Positions 36,081-46,128 are shown, counted from the stretch's first letter. The stretch is DNA of 64,000 nucleotides from Opitutales bacterium (GCA_044507675.1 JBIQJF010000005.1:14708-78707), one strand, 5' to 3'. Made by a program: numbers and translations. The notes: generated by a model from the sequence alone, not told the origin.

Positions 36081-36941
36081 ATGAAATCTTCGAGCAACCA
36101 ACCCGGCACCACCCTCATCACAGGTTCCTCCAGCGGTATCGGTTACCACTTGGCGCGGGAATTCGCGCGCCACGGACATCCGCTCGTGCTCATCGCTCCC
36201 GTTTCCGACGAGTTGCAGGACATCGCTGCCGACCTGCAACAGGAATTCCGGGTGGACGTTCGGACACTCGGCGCAGATCTGACGCACACCGATGTGACCA
36301 CAGAAATTTCCACCGCCCTCGCCCAGTCCGGGATTAAGATAGACTGCCTCGTCAATAATGCCGGTTTTGGCGAACGCGGCCGTTTCTGGGAAATCCCGCC
36401 CGAGAAACACATCTCCATGATTCGCCTCAACACCGAGGCGGTGGTCCGTCTCATTCATCTTTTCCTCCCCGACATGGTGGCGCGCGGGCACGGTCGTATT
36501 CTGAACACCTCATCGATCGCGGGTTTCGAGCCTGGTCCCAACCTTGCCGTATATCACGCGACCAAGGCCTTCGTCCTCTCGCTCTCCGAGGCTTTGGCCA
36601 CCGAACTTCGCGACACCGGAGTCACGGTCACTGCGCTCTGCCCGGGCGCAACCGACACCGACTTCTTTGAGAAGGCGCACATGCTCGACACGAACGCCTT
36701 TCAAAAGCAGCCCGTGATGGCCCCACAGGAAGTGGCCGAAGCCGGCTATGCGGCCTTGATGAAGGGCGAACGCGTCGTCGTTCCGGGCGGCATGAACAAG
36801 ATGATGGTGGCTGCGCGACGGATTCTTTCGGAATCCGCGCAGGCCAAGCAGAACGAAAAACTGTATGAGGAGACCAAACCGTTGGAACGCAAACGCGAGC
36901 GCGGGGACGTCGAAAACGCCGAAACCGCGCGCCGATCGTAA
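36081..36941 (+). CDS. Short-chain dehydrogenase/reductase
   Basis: ITGSSSGIG, VNNAG, YHATK. Confidence 0.92.
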   Translation: MKSSSNQPGTTLITGSSSGIGYHLAREFARHGHPLVLIAPVSDELQDIAADLQQEFRVDVRTLGADLTHTDVTTEISTALAQSGIKIDCLVNNAGFGERGRFWEIPPEKHISMIRLNTEAVVRLIHLFLPDMVARGHGRILNTSSIAGFEPGPNLAVYHATKAFVLSLSEALATELRDTGVTVTALCPGATDTDFFEKAHMLDTNAFQKQPVMAPQEVAEAGYAALMKGERVVVPGGMNKMMVAARRILSESAQAKQNEKLYEETKPLERKRERGDVENAETARRS

Positions 36942-36972
36942 GACCGGAGCAATCCCTCGGACGAGTCGAAGG

Positions 36973-38115
36973 ATGGAACGACTCATTGAAATGGGATCCC
37001 CTACCCACTCCCGCGCTCGTTCCGACCGAATCCTCAACGATCGCGTTCATAACCCACGCTCACTCACCACTACTCCCGAGATAAATCACGCCGCCCGCCA
37101 AGCCGGACTGCGCTACTTCGATGATCGGTCGCCGGGCTTCACTCGGCGACTCCGCGGAAAATCATTCCGCTATTTCACGAGTCGTGGAAGGCCGCTGGCC
37201 AACCCTGTTCAGCGAAGGCGAATTGACGAATTGGCGATTCCACCGGCGTGGACCTCCGTGTGGATTTGTCCGGTGCCGGACGGCCATCTTCAGGCGACCG
37301 GACGGGACGCGCGGGGGCGCAAGCAGTATTGTTATCATCCCGCATGGCGAACGACGCGGGATGAGGCAAAATTTGAACACATGCACGTTTTCGCCCGGGT
37401 TCTGCCGAGGATCCGCCGTCGCGTCGCTTCGGATCTGCGCGGACGGCCAACTGAGCGAAACACGGTCTGCGCCGCCATGGTGCGCCTGCTCGACACGACC
37501 TTGGTCCGCGTCGGAAATGAGGAATATGTGCGCCAGAACAACTCGTTCGGACTCTCCACGCTCCGACGCCGTCATGTCAGCGCTGGCCGAACGCGCATCG
37601 TGCTTCGCTTCCGCGGAAAGGGCGGCCGGAAACATGAGGTCGAAGCACACGATCCGCGCGTCGCCGCCGTCATCCGCCGATTGCAGGATCTGCCCGGACA
37701 GGAAATTTTCCAGTATGTGGATGACCGTGGCCGCCTCGTGAACCTCGGATCCACCGACATCAACGCCTACCTGCGGGAAATCTCAGGCGCCGACATTACC
37801 GCGAAAGATTTTCGCACATGGGCGGCCACCCTCGAAATGGCGCGACTGCTGGGCTTGGCGGCCCGGGAGGAAAATCGCCCGACGAAGCGGCGGGTTGCCC
37901 GTGCAATCGCAACCGTGGCCGAACGCTTGGGCAACACTCCCGCGATCTGCCGGAAATGCTATGTGCACCCTGCCCTCGCCGAGGCCTATCTCGCAGGCGC
38001 CGTCCTCGATTTCGCCGGACCATCAACACGCGCGACCCAACAAGCGCTGCTCCGTTTCCTCAAGCCAGCGAAATCTAGAAATCCGAAAACGAAGGCCGGT
38101 GCCTCACATCTGTAG
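36973..38115 (+). CDS. DNA topoisomerase IB (bacterial/poxvirus-like)
   Basis: IPPAWTSVWI, DARGRKQY, RVGN..Y, FRGKGG, AKDFRTW, LGNTP..CRKCYVHP (catalytic Tyr); start uncertain. Confidence 0.93.
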   Translation: MERLIEMGSPTHSRARSDRILNDRVHNPRSLTTTPEINHAARQAGLRYFDDRSPGFTRRLRGKSFRYFTSRGRPLANPVQRRRIDELAIPPAWTSVWICPVPDGHLQATGRDARGRKQYCYHPAWRTTRDEAKFEHMHVFARVLPRIRRRVASDLRGRPTERNTVCAAMVRLLDTTLVRVGNEEYVRQNNSFGLSTLRRRHVSAGRTRIVLRFRGKGGRKHEVEAHDPRVAAVIRRLQDLPGQEIFQYVDDRGRLVNLGSTDINAYLREISGADITAKDFRTWAATLEMARLLGLAAREENRPTKRRVARAIATVAERLGNTPAICRKCYVHPALAEAYLAGAVLDFAGPSTRATQQALLRFLKPAKSRNPKTKAGASHL

Positions 38116-38143
38116 AGAACCCACAATTAACGACCCTGCCCAA

Positions 38144-38608
38144 ATGAAAGTCGGTGCGAACGAGTCCAGAAAAACTTCCCCCATTCCTGCCTACCCAACC
38201 TCAATCGGTGCGCGATTCCGCGGCTCGGCCTTGCTGGCAGGCCTGCAAGGCGGCTTCTACATGATCAGCGGCGTGTGGCCCTTGGTCGCGCCCGACAGCT
38301 TTCAAGCCTTTACCGGTCAAAAAATGGACTTCTGGCTCGCCCAAACCGTCGGCGTCTTGATTGCCATCACCGGCATCGTGCTACTCCGTGCGGCGCAGCG
38401 GGCGGCCATCACTGCGGAAATCGCCCTGCTGGCCGGCCTTCAGGCGGCCGCTTTGGGCGTGGTGGATATCTATTGCGTCGGGCAGCCCGGGACAACGCCG
38501 GTCTACCTCCTCGACGCGGTAGCCGAGTTCGCGATTGCCCTCGGGTGGGTTTGGGCGTGGTCACACCGCCCACGCCGGGCTGCCTCCACCCGCGTGCCGC
38601 GGCTTTAA
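38144..38608 (+). CDS. Small 4-TM hypothetical membrane protein
   Basis: QGGFYMISGVWPLV..SF..FTG.K.DFWLAQTVG pattern; start uncertain. Confidence 0.65.
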   Translation: MKVGANESRKTSPIPAYPTSIGARFRGSALLAGLQGGFYMISGVWPLVAPDSFQAFTGQKMDFWLAQTVGVLIAITGIVLLRAAQRAAITAEIALLAGLQAAALGVVDIYCVGQPGTTPVYLLDAVAEFAIALGWVWAWSHRPRRAASTRVPRL

Positions 38609-38653
38609 TTTCAAAAACAGCACAGACGCACGACTGACCACACCTCCGGAAAC

Positions 38654-39175
38654 TCAACGTTCCACCTCGACCGAGAAAACCGTAAACACAGCGTCGACTT
38701 CGCCCGAACTCCTCGTCGAAACCTCCAGCAGGCATTTCTCCAAGGCGAGATACGGAGCACGCTGATCGAGTTCGCGATAGAACTTCACCAATGCGGCGAG
38801 GTCCGCGCGGCGGAAAGCGACCTGCACCGTGTGAAAAGCCAGTTGCTCTGTGCGCTCGGTCCGCGGTGGTTCCACCGCGACCGCCAGCCCCAGCTCATTC
38901 GCGATGGCCGAAACCTCGCCGACCAATCGCGTGGAATCCAGCGTGCGCCCGGCATCGAGACTTCCGGCAGCCTTCCGGGCGCGTTCCTCAATGGGCGCGC
39001 GACGTTCCAGCCACAGCTCCTGCCCGGCCAGATCAGCGGCGGTCACACGCGATTCGCGCCATTTTTCCTGCAAGCGACTGCTAGCGGAAACCAGCCAAAC
39101 CACAGCGGCGGCGAAAAGAAAGAACAGGATTAGCACCCGTTCGCGAGGCGTTCGACGCAGGAGCACGCTGTTCAT
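38654..39175 (-). CDS. gspM: T2SS GspM/PilO-like protein
   Basis: RTPRERVL + single TM, coiled region, ferredoxin-like C-terminus; last gene of the gsp run. Confidence 0.7.
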   Translation of the reverse strand: MNSVLLRRTPRERVLILFFLFAAAVVWLVSASSRLQEKWRESRVTAADLAGQELWLERRAPIEERARKAAGSLDAGRTLDSTRLVGEVSAIANELGLAVAVEPPRTERTEQLAFHTVQVAFRRADLAALVKFYRELDQRAPYLALEKCLLEVSTRSSGEVDAVFTVFSVEVER

Positions 39176-40278
39176 GGCTTGTCCTCCGTCTTTCCCTGCG
39201 TGGCCGGATCGAATTGAAGCGCGAGCACAAAGCTCGTAAGTCCTTCGCGCGACCGGATGTCGCGCACCTCGATCCCGGTTAACGCGGGTTGCCGCCGCAG
39301 CACCGCTTCATACTCGCCGACCGCCGCGGCATGGGCCGTCTGCGCGTCAATGGCCAACGAGCGATCGTTGTTGCTCACCACACGTGTAAACCGGATGGAG
39401 CGCGGGCGCAGCGAACTCACCAAGGACAGCCACTCGAAAGGTTTCTCCTGGCGAGCGGCGAGATCCTCGATGCGCGTGGCCAAAGTCTGCGCCGTTTCAA
39501 TCCGCCGCACTTCGCCGGCCTGATTCGCCACGAGCGCCTCGCGTCGTTCATTCCAAATACCAAGTGCGCCTCGGGCCAGTTCGAGTCCCGCGGCGAGCAA
39601 CCAGAGCCCTGCTGCCGCGCGCAACGCCCAAATCCAGCCGCGCCGGCGCGCATCCTCGCGGCGTTTTTCCTCCATGAAGGACTTGTCTCGCACGTCAGCA
39701 TGGGCGATCGAGGCCGCCGGGAATCGCGCGGTTTCCTCGCCTGCAATGCGAAAGATCGCATCGCCGTTTTCGTCGAATCCCACTCCCACCGGCCCGTCGA
39801 GTCGTTTGGTTTCGATGGCCTCCAAGCCGGCCTGACGCGCGAGTTCCGCCGACATCTCGTGCACCTGCGCCTCCGACGGCTCGGGCATGGCCTTGACCAA
39901 AACGACTACCGGAAGACCGGCGCGCCCGTTCCACACAGCTCCGCTCAGCCCGCCAGGGTGCACATGAACGACTGTGAGCGGACGGTCCGGTGGTTGACCA
40001 ATCAACGCAAGAAACTCCGGCAGCACCGCCGGGGCATCCGGCCACTCCGCAATTTCCTCCGGCGCGAATCGCCGGCGATACGCGGCATAACCCAGCGCTC
40101 GCTGACCATCCACACTGGTCACAAAACCGTGATAGAGCTGCGGCAGCGGAAACGGCGAGGACTCTTCCAGCCCCACCTCCACTTGCGTCGCCGCCGGGAC
40201 CGCGGGGTCCAGTTCGATTTCCTTCAGGAAAAACCGATCACCGGGAACAAGCGCGGGAACAGAAGCAACGGTGGGCAT
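39172..40278 (-). CDS. T2SS GspL/PilN-like protein
   Basis: Cytoplasmic N-domain, TM near residue 235, periplasmic PilN-like domain; position between K and M. Confidence 0.6.
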   Translation of the reverse strand: MPTVASVPALVPGDRFFLKEIELDPAVPAATQVEVGLEESSPFPLPQLYHGFVTSVDGQRALGYAAYRRRFAPEEIAEWPDAPAVLPEFLALIGQPPDRPLTVVHVHPGGLSGAVWNGRAGLPVVVLVKAMPEPSEAQVHEMSAELARQAGLEAIETKRLDGPVGVGFDENGDAIFRIAGEETARFPAASIAHADVRDKSFMEEKRREDARRRGWIWALRAAAGLWLLAAGLELARGALGIWNERREALVANQAGEVRRIETAQTLATRIEDLAARQEKPFEWLSLVSSLRPRSIRFTRVVSNNDRSLAIDAQTAHAAAVGEYEAVLRRQPALTGIEVRDIRSREGLTSFVLALQFDPATQGKTEDKP

Positions 40279-40280
40279 AG

Positions 40281-41339
40281 TCATAAGGCAGACGGGACCG
40301 CTGATTCGACGTGTTCTTCGAAGGCCAGCAGTCTGAAAGGATAGCGCAGTTTCGATGTTTCCGAGAGCGAGGTCGCCGTCTGGGTTTCGCCCTCAGCCAA
40401 AGGCTGAAGCACGGGAGCCACGACCGCGGTCAACCGAAGCACGGTGCCACCTTCCTGCACCGCAACCTTCACGCGAAGACAACGCGCCTGCGTGTCGAAC
40501 CGTCCCCTCAGCGCAGTCACGCCCAAGGCTGTCTGGGCTTCCGCCACACTGCGGAAAAACGGCGGCGCCCCGGTCGCCCGGGAAACCTCGCCTCTTCGGT
40601 AGGCAATGACTTTTCCCACCTGATCTTCATCCAGGCCCATCAATGCGAGGGTCGCGGGAAGCGCACTGTTCAGGTTGGCCGCGGAAAAATAATGGAGCGA
40701 CACGTTGCGCACGAACTCCTCGCGCAAACGTGTCGGACGCCCGGCTGGAGTATAGAAGAAATCACGCGCCCCTGTGATGGCCGCCAGTTCTGCAAACGAC
40801 GCGAGCGGCCGGCCGGGAGGCCGATGCGGCGGATTGGCGAATTCATAACGCCGCGGATCGGTTTCAATCCGATTCGACGCGTGCTCCCGACGGGTCCACG
40901 CAAGCAGGGCGTCCGCCAGCTGCTCCGCCTCCGTTTTCTTCAGTCCCCATTTCTCACCCAATTCAATCAAACCGCTCTGGCCCAGGCGCGGCAGGGAAAT
41001 GAGCCCGCTTTCGTCCTCAATTTCCGCAGTGATGATTCGGCCATCCCGCGAAACGAGATCCAAATCGTCCAGCGGCGTGCCCCATCCTTGGGCCGGGGCG
41101 TGCAGGCCCTCATCAACGGCTTGGTAATCGGCCAGCACCGCGAGGCTCGCCTCCAGCGCGGAATGCGCATCGGCGCGCAGGCGTTCCGCCTGACGAGCGC
41201 GCGACTCCACCAACATCTCCGTCATCGCGCGCTCGATGAACTGGCTGAGCAGGAACGCAGCGAGCGTGATCAAACCCAACACGAGCACAATCACGGCGCC
41301 GCGACGCGATCCGGCTAAAGACTGGAAGTGGGTTCGCAT
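40281..41339 (-). CDS. gspK: T2SS minor pseudopilin GspK
   Basis: RRGAVIVLVL, IEDESGLISL, LADALLAW, NLNSA. Confidence 0.85.
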   Translation of the reverse strand: MRTHFQSLAGSRRGAVIVLVLGLITLAAFLLSQFIERAMTEMLVESRARQAERLRADAHSALEASLAVLADYQAVDEGLHAPAQGWGTPLDDLDLVSRDGRIITAEIEDESGLISLPRLGQSGLIELGEKWGLKKTEAEQLADALLAWTRREHASNRIETDPRRYEFANPPHRPPGRPLASFAELAAITGARDFFYTPAGRPTRLREEFVRNVSLHYFSAANLNSALPATLALMGLDEDQVGKVIAYRRGEVSRATGAPPFFRSVAEAQTALGVTALRGRFDTQARCLRVKVAVQEGGTVLRLTAVVAPVLQPLAEGETQTATSLSETSKLRYPFRLLAFEEHVESAVPSAL

Positions 41340-41345
41340 GAAAAA

Positions 41346-42005
41346 TCAGAAAGCCGGCAACGCCTGAACGGCAGGCGGGATTCTCACCACCCGGTCGGCG
41401 GAGAAACGGTCGTATTGGAAGTGGAGCCGGCAACGCACGGGCAGCGGCGCGTCTTCACCATTTCCGGCAATCGGAGAGGACCGCGCCGTCCACGATCTCG
41501 TATCGCGGCGATAATACTCATACTCGATTCCACGAACGAGTGGCGAAATCACCAGGCTCCGCGGCGTGGTCTTTTCGTAACCGATCTCCCATCGTGACTG
41601 CCAATATAGCACCAAGCCCTGCTCCGGCACGAAATCCACGGCACATTGCACATCGGGCAAAGGTCGTTCCGGCCAAGGGAACAATCGATCGCCGGCGGGA
41701 AGCTCAAAGGTGAGCAAAGGCCCCCGCCCCACGCCGGGCACCACGCTCGTCTCCACCCGCAGGCGGCGATCGGCGTCGGCCACCAGTGTTCCTCGTTGCA
41801 ACAAATCCTCCACGTGGCGCGCCACCGCCCGCACATGCTGGTCAAACAATCGTTGCTGCCGGTTTGCGCCCCACAACTCTGTCATCGAAAGAAGAAACTG
41901 GTTCATCGCGACCAGCAGCACGGACACCAAGGCGAGTGACAGCAGCACCTCCACCAAGGTAAAACCCTGCTGACGGAAACGGAGTCTGGTAATACGTTGC
42001 TGCAT
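41346..42005 (-). CDS. gspJ: T2SS minor pseudopilin GspJ-like
   Basis: QQG/FTLVEVL prepilin motif; gene order. Confidence 0.7.
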   Translation of the reverse strand: MQQRITRLRFRQQGFTLVEVLLSLALVSVLLVAMNQFLLSMTELWGANRQQRLFDQHVRAVARHVEDLLQRGTLVADADRRLRVETSVVPGVGRGPLLTFELPAGDRLFPWPERPLPDVQCAVDFVPEQGLVLYWQSRWEIGYEKTTPRSLVISPLVRGIEYEYYRRDTRSWTARSSPIAGNGEDAPLPVRCRLHFQYDRFSADRVVRIPPAVQALPAF

Positions 42006-42006
42006 G

Positions 42007-42468
42007 TCACAAACGTTGCTTCAGCAGCCGTGCTCGCGACTCGGCGCGCAGTTTTTCCCGTTGCTCCTCCTGAGACCAGGTTGGTCGCAGCAGCAGAAAG
42101 CTTTCGCGTTCACGACGCGGTGAACTTCGACCAGACGCAGAGACCTCCCAGGCCAATTGCACTTCAAACAGGTCCGCAATTGGGGTCTCTTCGATCTTCG
42201 TTTCCCAGCGCAATGTTCCACCATCGGCCAGCGGCATCTCGCCGCCGCGCTCAACCTGCGCCCGGTCGGGCTCCGCCAGCAACGCCGCCCGGGCCAGAGT
42301 CAGTTCGCTCCGATCCACTTCCTGCTGTCGCAGGAGGTGGTAGTTGAGCAATACGTTCACATAAGCGGTGCCCAACACCACCGCAGCCAGAGCAAAAATC
42401 CCCAAGCTCACGAGGACTTCGAGCAACGTGAAGGCGCTCCTTCGGGCGACGCGACAAATGAGATTCAT
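42007..42468 (-). CDS. gspI: T2SS minor pseudopilin GspI-like
   Basis: RRSA/FTLLEVLVSL prepilin motif; gene order. Confidence 0.7.
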   Translation of the reverse strand: MNLICRVARRSAFTLLEVLVSLGIFALAAVVLGTAYVNVLLNYHLLRQQEVDRSELTLARAALLAEPDRAQVERGGEMPLADGGTLRWETKIEETPIADLFEVQLAWEVSASGRSSPRRERESFLLLRPTWSQEEQREKLRAESRARLLKQRL

Positions 42469-42968
42469 GGCCTTGCCTCCAAACCTGGTGCACACGTCCA
42501 GGGATCGATTGCCATGAGCCGGACCACTCCCTCCGGCAGCCGCAACTGCAACCTCACCGGATCACATGTGCCGTCGGGATAAAATCGCATCGCCGGCAGA
42601 AGTGAGGTCTCGATCCGTCGCCCCCCGATCAGCACAGCGTCTGTGTTGTCGGCGCGCAAAAAACCGATTTCCATTCGCTGATCCCCTGCGGACAGATCCA
42701 CGCCAGCGGCATTATCCCAGACAAAGCGTTGCGCGCGGGCATCGAATTGCATTTCCACAGGCCGGCCGCGCAACACGGCTTCGCGCCTCGCCTGCTGGAG
42801 AATCAACGCCACTTCCTCCTCGGGATTGACCAGCCGCGCGCGCCGAAAAATCGCGCTGGCCGACGGCAGTAGTAAGGCCGCGCCTAGCACCAGCAGCGCA
42901 AGCACGAGCAGCGTCTCCACCAGCGTGAAGCCCCGGTTCGACATCATGATGAAGGGAGACAGCCTCAT
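42465..42968 (-). CDS. gspH: T2SS minor pseudopilin GspH-like
   Basis: NRG/FTLVETL; ARREAV; FYPDG motif. Confidence 0.75.
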   Translation of the reverse strand: MRLSPFIMMSNRGFTLVETLLVLALLVLGAALLLPSASAIFRRARLVNPEEEVALILQQARREAVLRGRPVEMQFDARAQRFVWDNAAGVDLSAGDQRMEIGFLRADNTDAVLIGGRRIETSLLPAMRFYPDGTCDPVRLQLRLPEGVVRLMAIDPWTCAPGLEARP

Positions 42969-42974
42969 GCGAGC

Positions 42975-43400
42975 TTACCAATTGCCGATGTCGTCGGCTG
43001 TGTCGGGTTGATGATCCGGACCCTTCGAATAAAGATCGTAGCCGCCCACGTTTCGCGTGCCCGGATAGCGGTAGAGATAGGGTTCACCCCAGGGATCCAG
43101 CGGAAGTTTGCCGCCCTTTGCCTCCAAATAGGGCCCCTGCCAGCGATCCGCTTTTGCCGAAGGCGCAGTCACCAGCGCCTGCAATCCCTCGGCTGTCGTG
43201 GGATAATCCCCCATGTCGCGCCGGTAGCTCACCATCGGGATTTTGATTGTTTCCTGCACAAAGATGGCGGCGACCGCCGTCTGGCTGCGCCCGAAAATCT
43301 TGTCGGTGTTCGTCACGAGGACGCCCACGAGCAGGCCGATGATCGCGAGGACCACGAGTATTTCCACGAGCGTGAAAGCAGAGGTTGGACGGATTCTCAT
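42975..43400 (-). CDS. gspG: T2SS major pseudopilin GspG
   Basis: SA/FTLVEIL; YPTTAEGLQAL, WQGPYL, DPWGEPY.Y, YDLYSKGPD. Confidence 0.92.
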   Translation of the reverse strand: MRIRPTSAFTLVEILVVLAIIGLLVGVLVTNTDKIFGRSQTAVAAIFVQETIKIPMVSYRRDMGDYPTTAEGLQALVTAPSAKADRWQGPYLEAKGGKLPLDPWGEPYLYRYPGTRNVGGYDLYSKGPDHQPDTADDIGNW

Positions 43401-43402
43401 AA

Positions 43403-43963
43403 TTAGTTTCCCGGTTGGACAGGTTGTTGGCGCCGGCGCCGAATCTCGTCGGCCATTTCCTGCAAGCGCTGGCTCTGCGCGGCATCCATGCCGGACGATG
43501 AGGAAGGAGCCGATGCTTCCGACTGCGTGGAGCGACCCGCATTTTGACCACCCTCGCCCGCAGACGGCAGCGGTGCGGGCGAAGTGCCATCTGTGATCTG
43601 CCCGGCGGTGTGCGCCGACTGGAGTTTGAGCGCAAGATTGCGACCCTGATAGTCAATGGTCAGAATGTCCTCCTCCTGGTTGTAGCTCCGGACAACGTAA
43701 GGGAGATCCGTCTCCCCGAACGTCACCCACTTCGATTCGCGGGCGGATTGATCATAGATGCTGAAGAAGAACTCCCCCAGTTCGAAAACCACGCTGCGAA
43801 ATTCGAGAGGCCCCCCTTCGCCGGACGCCGTAATCGGGGCGGCGCCGGTGATCGGTAGAAACGGAGAGTCCCGCACCAACGACTCCAACGGGTCATCCGG
43901 CACGGTCACCTGCGCAGCCAAGGTCACGACAGCCACCGGAAAAATGGTCAGAAAAGCACGCAT
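43403..43963 (-). CDS. Exported/membrane-anchored hypothetical protein, positionally GspC-like
   Basis: N-terminal hydrophobic segment, SPF motif, beta-rich core, low-complexity tail; directly upstream of gspG. Confidence 0.55.
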   Translation of the reverse strand: MRAFLTIFPVAVVTLAAQVTVPDDPLESLVRDSPFLPITGAAPITASGEGGPLEFRSVVFELGEFFFSIYDQSARESKWVTFGETDLPYVVRSYNQEEDILTIDYQGRNLALKLQSAHTAGQITDGTSPAPLPSAGEGGQNAGRSTQSEASAPSSSSGMDAAQSQRLQEMADEIRRRRQQPVQPGN

Positions 43964-43974
43964 GCGAGGACCGC

Positions 43975-45189
43975 TCAGCGGAAAAATTCCCACAACCGGA
44001 GATATGCGACCGCCAACCCCGCCTCATCCGAGGCCGAGGTCCGCAGTTCCCGCTGCATGCGCCGCAGGACGCACGGATTCACCAGCATCACCGGCTGCCA
44101 GAGCAACACCGGCAAGGTTCGCAAAAGACGCTCGCGGGGATAACGGAAGGCCGGCGCTCCCCACACGCCCCGCAGTCCGAGACGGCGGACATTCACCAAC
44201 CAGTTTCGCCAGCGGCGATGGCCGGGGCATTTCGGTGCCGGATGCCACGCATAATTCATCGGCGAATTGAAATTCACTCCCAACCGCCGGCTTTCCAGCC
44301 ATAACCACACCCGGCATCCCAACTGTGAAATCGCCGCCCAGTCCCTGTCCAATTCCACGGCAGTCCGCTCGCTCCGGTGAGGCCGCAACTTGAAAACCAC
44401 CCCCGCCGCGTGCTCACCGCGCACGGCCTCGATCCACGACGGGTTTGCCGGCAGGCTCAACGCGGCCAGCCGTCGGCCGCGTTCTTCGCAACTGCCGTGA
44501 TACTGGCCCGCCGCGGTCAACACCGCATCGCCCAGCGCCAACCGGGCCTTGGCGAGATTACGTTCGACGAAATCCGCATCATCGGCCGTGAACGGTTGGT
44601 GCGCGAGACGCTGACGGGCGAGCAACAGTCCGGTGCAGCGATTCATCAATAGCCGCGTCGCCTCCTCGATAGAAATGTCTTCCGGCCGCAGATGATGCAC
44701 ACAATCCGCCAGCAGATCTGCCGGGCCACTCACGCGGTGATGCCCGCGAACGAGGTCGTAGGAAAACATCGTAACGGGCCCGCGTTGCAGATCGGCCAGC
44801 GATATCACTTTGAATTCCACTTCCACTCCCGCCGGCTCCGAAAGTGCATGCGCCAAGCGATTCAGGGCGCGCCGGTGGCGCCATTCGTTGAGCACGGTGC
44901 TCCCGCGCAGCAGGACGTAGTATTCGAGATCGTTGTAAGGTCGGTCGCCGTCCGGCGTGTGAAGCACTCCACCCTCGCCCCGACCATAACCTCCACCCAA
45001 CAGAATACCCTCCAAGCGCTCCTCCGGAATGAGTGATTCCACAGCCGTGCGCACGCGCGCGCATGTCTCACGCAGGTGTCCTTCCAATCCCGCATCGCCG
45101 TTGAGGGTGAACCGTCCGGCCGACGCGACCGCCGTGTTTGGCGCCGTCGTCAGGGATGCGAGAGGTGATATTGTAGCGGCAACCTGCAT
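43975..45189 (-). CDS. Pol-beta superfamily nucleotidyltransferase-like protein
   Basis: LLGGGYGRGEG...YNDLEY fits hG[GS]x9-13Dh[DE]h; helical C-terminal domain. Confidence 0.7.
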   Translation of the reverse strand: MQVAATISPLASLTTAPNTAVASAGRFTLNGDAGLEGHLRETCARVRTAVESLIPEERLEGILLGGGYGRGEGGVLHTPDGDRPYNDLEYYVLLRGSTVLNEWRHRRALNRLAHALSEPAGVEVEFKVISLADLQRGPVTMFSYDLVRGHHRVSGPADLLADCVHHLRPEDISIEEATRLLMNRCTGLLLARQRLAHQPFTADDADFVERNLAKARLALGDAVLTAAGQYHGSCEERGRRLAALSLPANPSWIEAVRGEHAAGVVFKLRPHRSERTAVELDRDWAAISQLGCRVWLWLESRRLGVNFNSPMNYAWHPAPKCPGHRRWRNWLVNVRRLGLRGVWGAPAFRYPRERLLRTLPVLLWQPVMLVNPCVLRRMQRELRTSASDEAGLAVAYLRLWEFFR

Positions 45190-45192
45190 GGC

Positions 45193-46128
45193 TCAGGCCC
45201 CCGGGGAGGTCGGAGGCGACGATGCCCATTGGGTCCACACTGGCGGATGCGCTGCATCGGGTGCGGCACGATAATCCTGCCACCCGGCGCGAAAACCCGC
45301 CAGCCGGGCCTGCCGTTGCACCCAGCGTATGCGCAGCGCATGGGGCCATTCCCCCAACCGGTGATGACGCAGACAAAAACCAAGGTCGCGTCGTGCATCA
45401 TTCAGACTGCCCAGCAGGACCGTGCGCAGGAAATTGAATTTTCCGGGATGACCGTCCCACATGGCCGCCAGGGCGCGACCTTCACCAAAACTCCGTCGCG
45501 CCGCTTGCTGCGGGGCATAGTTGTGGGAATGGGTCACCACCGATTCCGGCACATAGAGCACACGATAACCCTGGGCGCGGGCCCAGCGTGTGTATTCGTC
45601 GTCTTCCGAATACTGCATCGCTTCGTTGAATCCGCGCGGCGTCCACAGGTCCTTGCGAATGCCGCTGCTCACCATGCTGAAGAAATGATCCCAGCGCGCG
45701 GAAGCGCGGCGGGCACCGAAGCACTGTTCGTAGTCGGCGGCATACACCGCCTGGCAATCGGGGCGCGGCACTTGTCGACCGAACACCGCCGCCACTCCGG
45801 GGTCGTGCAAGGCCCTGACCAAAGGAGCAAGCCAGTGCGCGTCCACGGGAGTGGCGTCGGCGTTCAGAAAGACGACAAAGTTGGCGCGAGCCAGACGCAC
45901 GCCCAGGTTGAGAACGCGCGGCGGATGATATTCGTGCGGCTGGATGCTGATGTAATGCTGCGGGGCCGCCGCGCGGATGAGTTCGTCCGAATCATCCGTC
46001 GAACCGGAATCGATGACGATCAACTCATAGTCCTTGAACGTCTGCTGCCGGAGGGCCTGCAGAGTTCCCTTGAGAGCCCAGCCCTCGTTGTAGGAACGCA
46101 TCACGATGCTGACCGCCGGTGAATTCAT
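45193..46128 (-). CDS. GT2 glycosyltransferase (rhamnosyltransferase-like)
   Basis: VSIVMRSYN, IDSGSTD, FLNADA, YSEDDE. Confidence 0.88.
   Translation of the reverse strand: MNSPAVSIVMRSYNEGWALKGTLQALRQQTFKDYELIVIDSGSTDDSDELIRAAAPQHYISIQPHEYHPPRVLNLGVRLARANFVVFLNADATPVDAHWLAPLVRALHDPGVAAVFGRQVPRPDCQAVYAADYEQCFGARRASARWDHFFSMVSSGIRKDLWTPRGFNEAMQYSEDDEYTRWARAQGYRVLYVPESVVTHSHNYAPQQAARRSFGEGRALAAMWDGHPGKFNFLRTVLLGSLNDARRDLGFCLRHHRLGEWPHALRIRWVQRQARLAGFRAGWQDYRAAPDAAHPPVWTQWASSPPTSPGA

Noticed and set aside
43975-45189. CBASS CD-NTase assignment
   Set aside because: Shares only the generic Pol-beta motif; no Cap effectors or E1/E2/JAB cluster adjacent (radC is 22 kb away in a housekeeping context)
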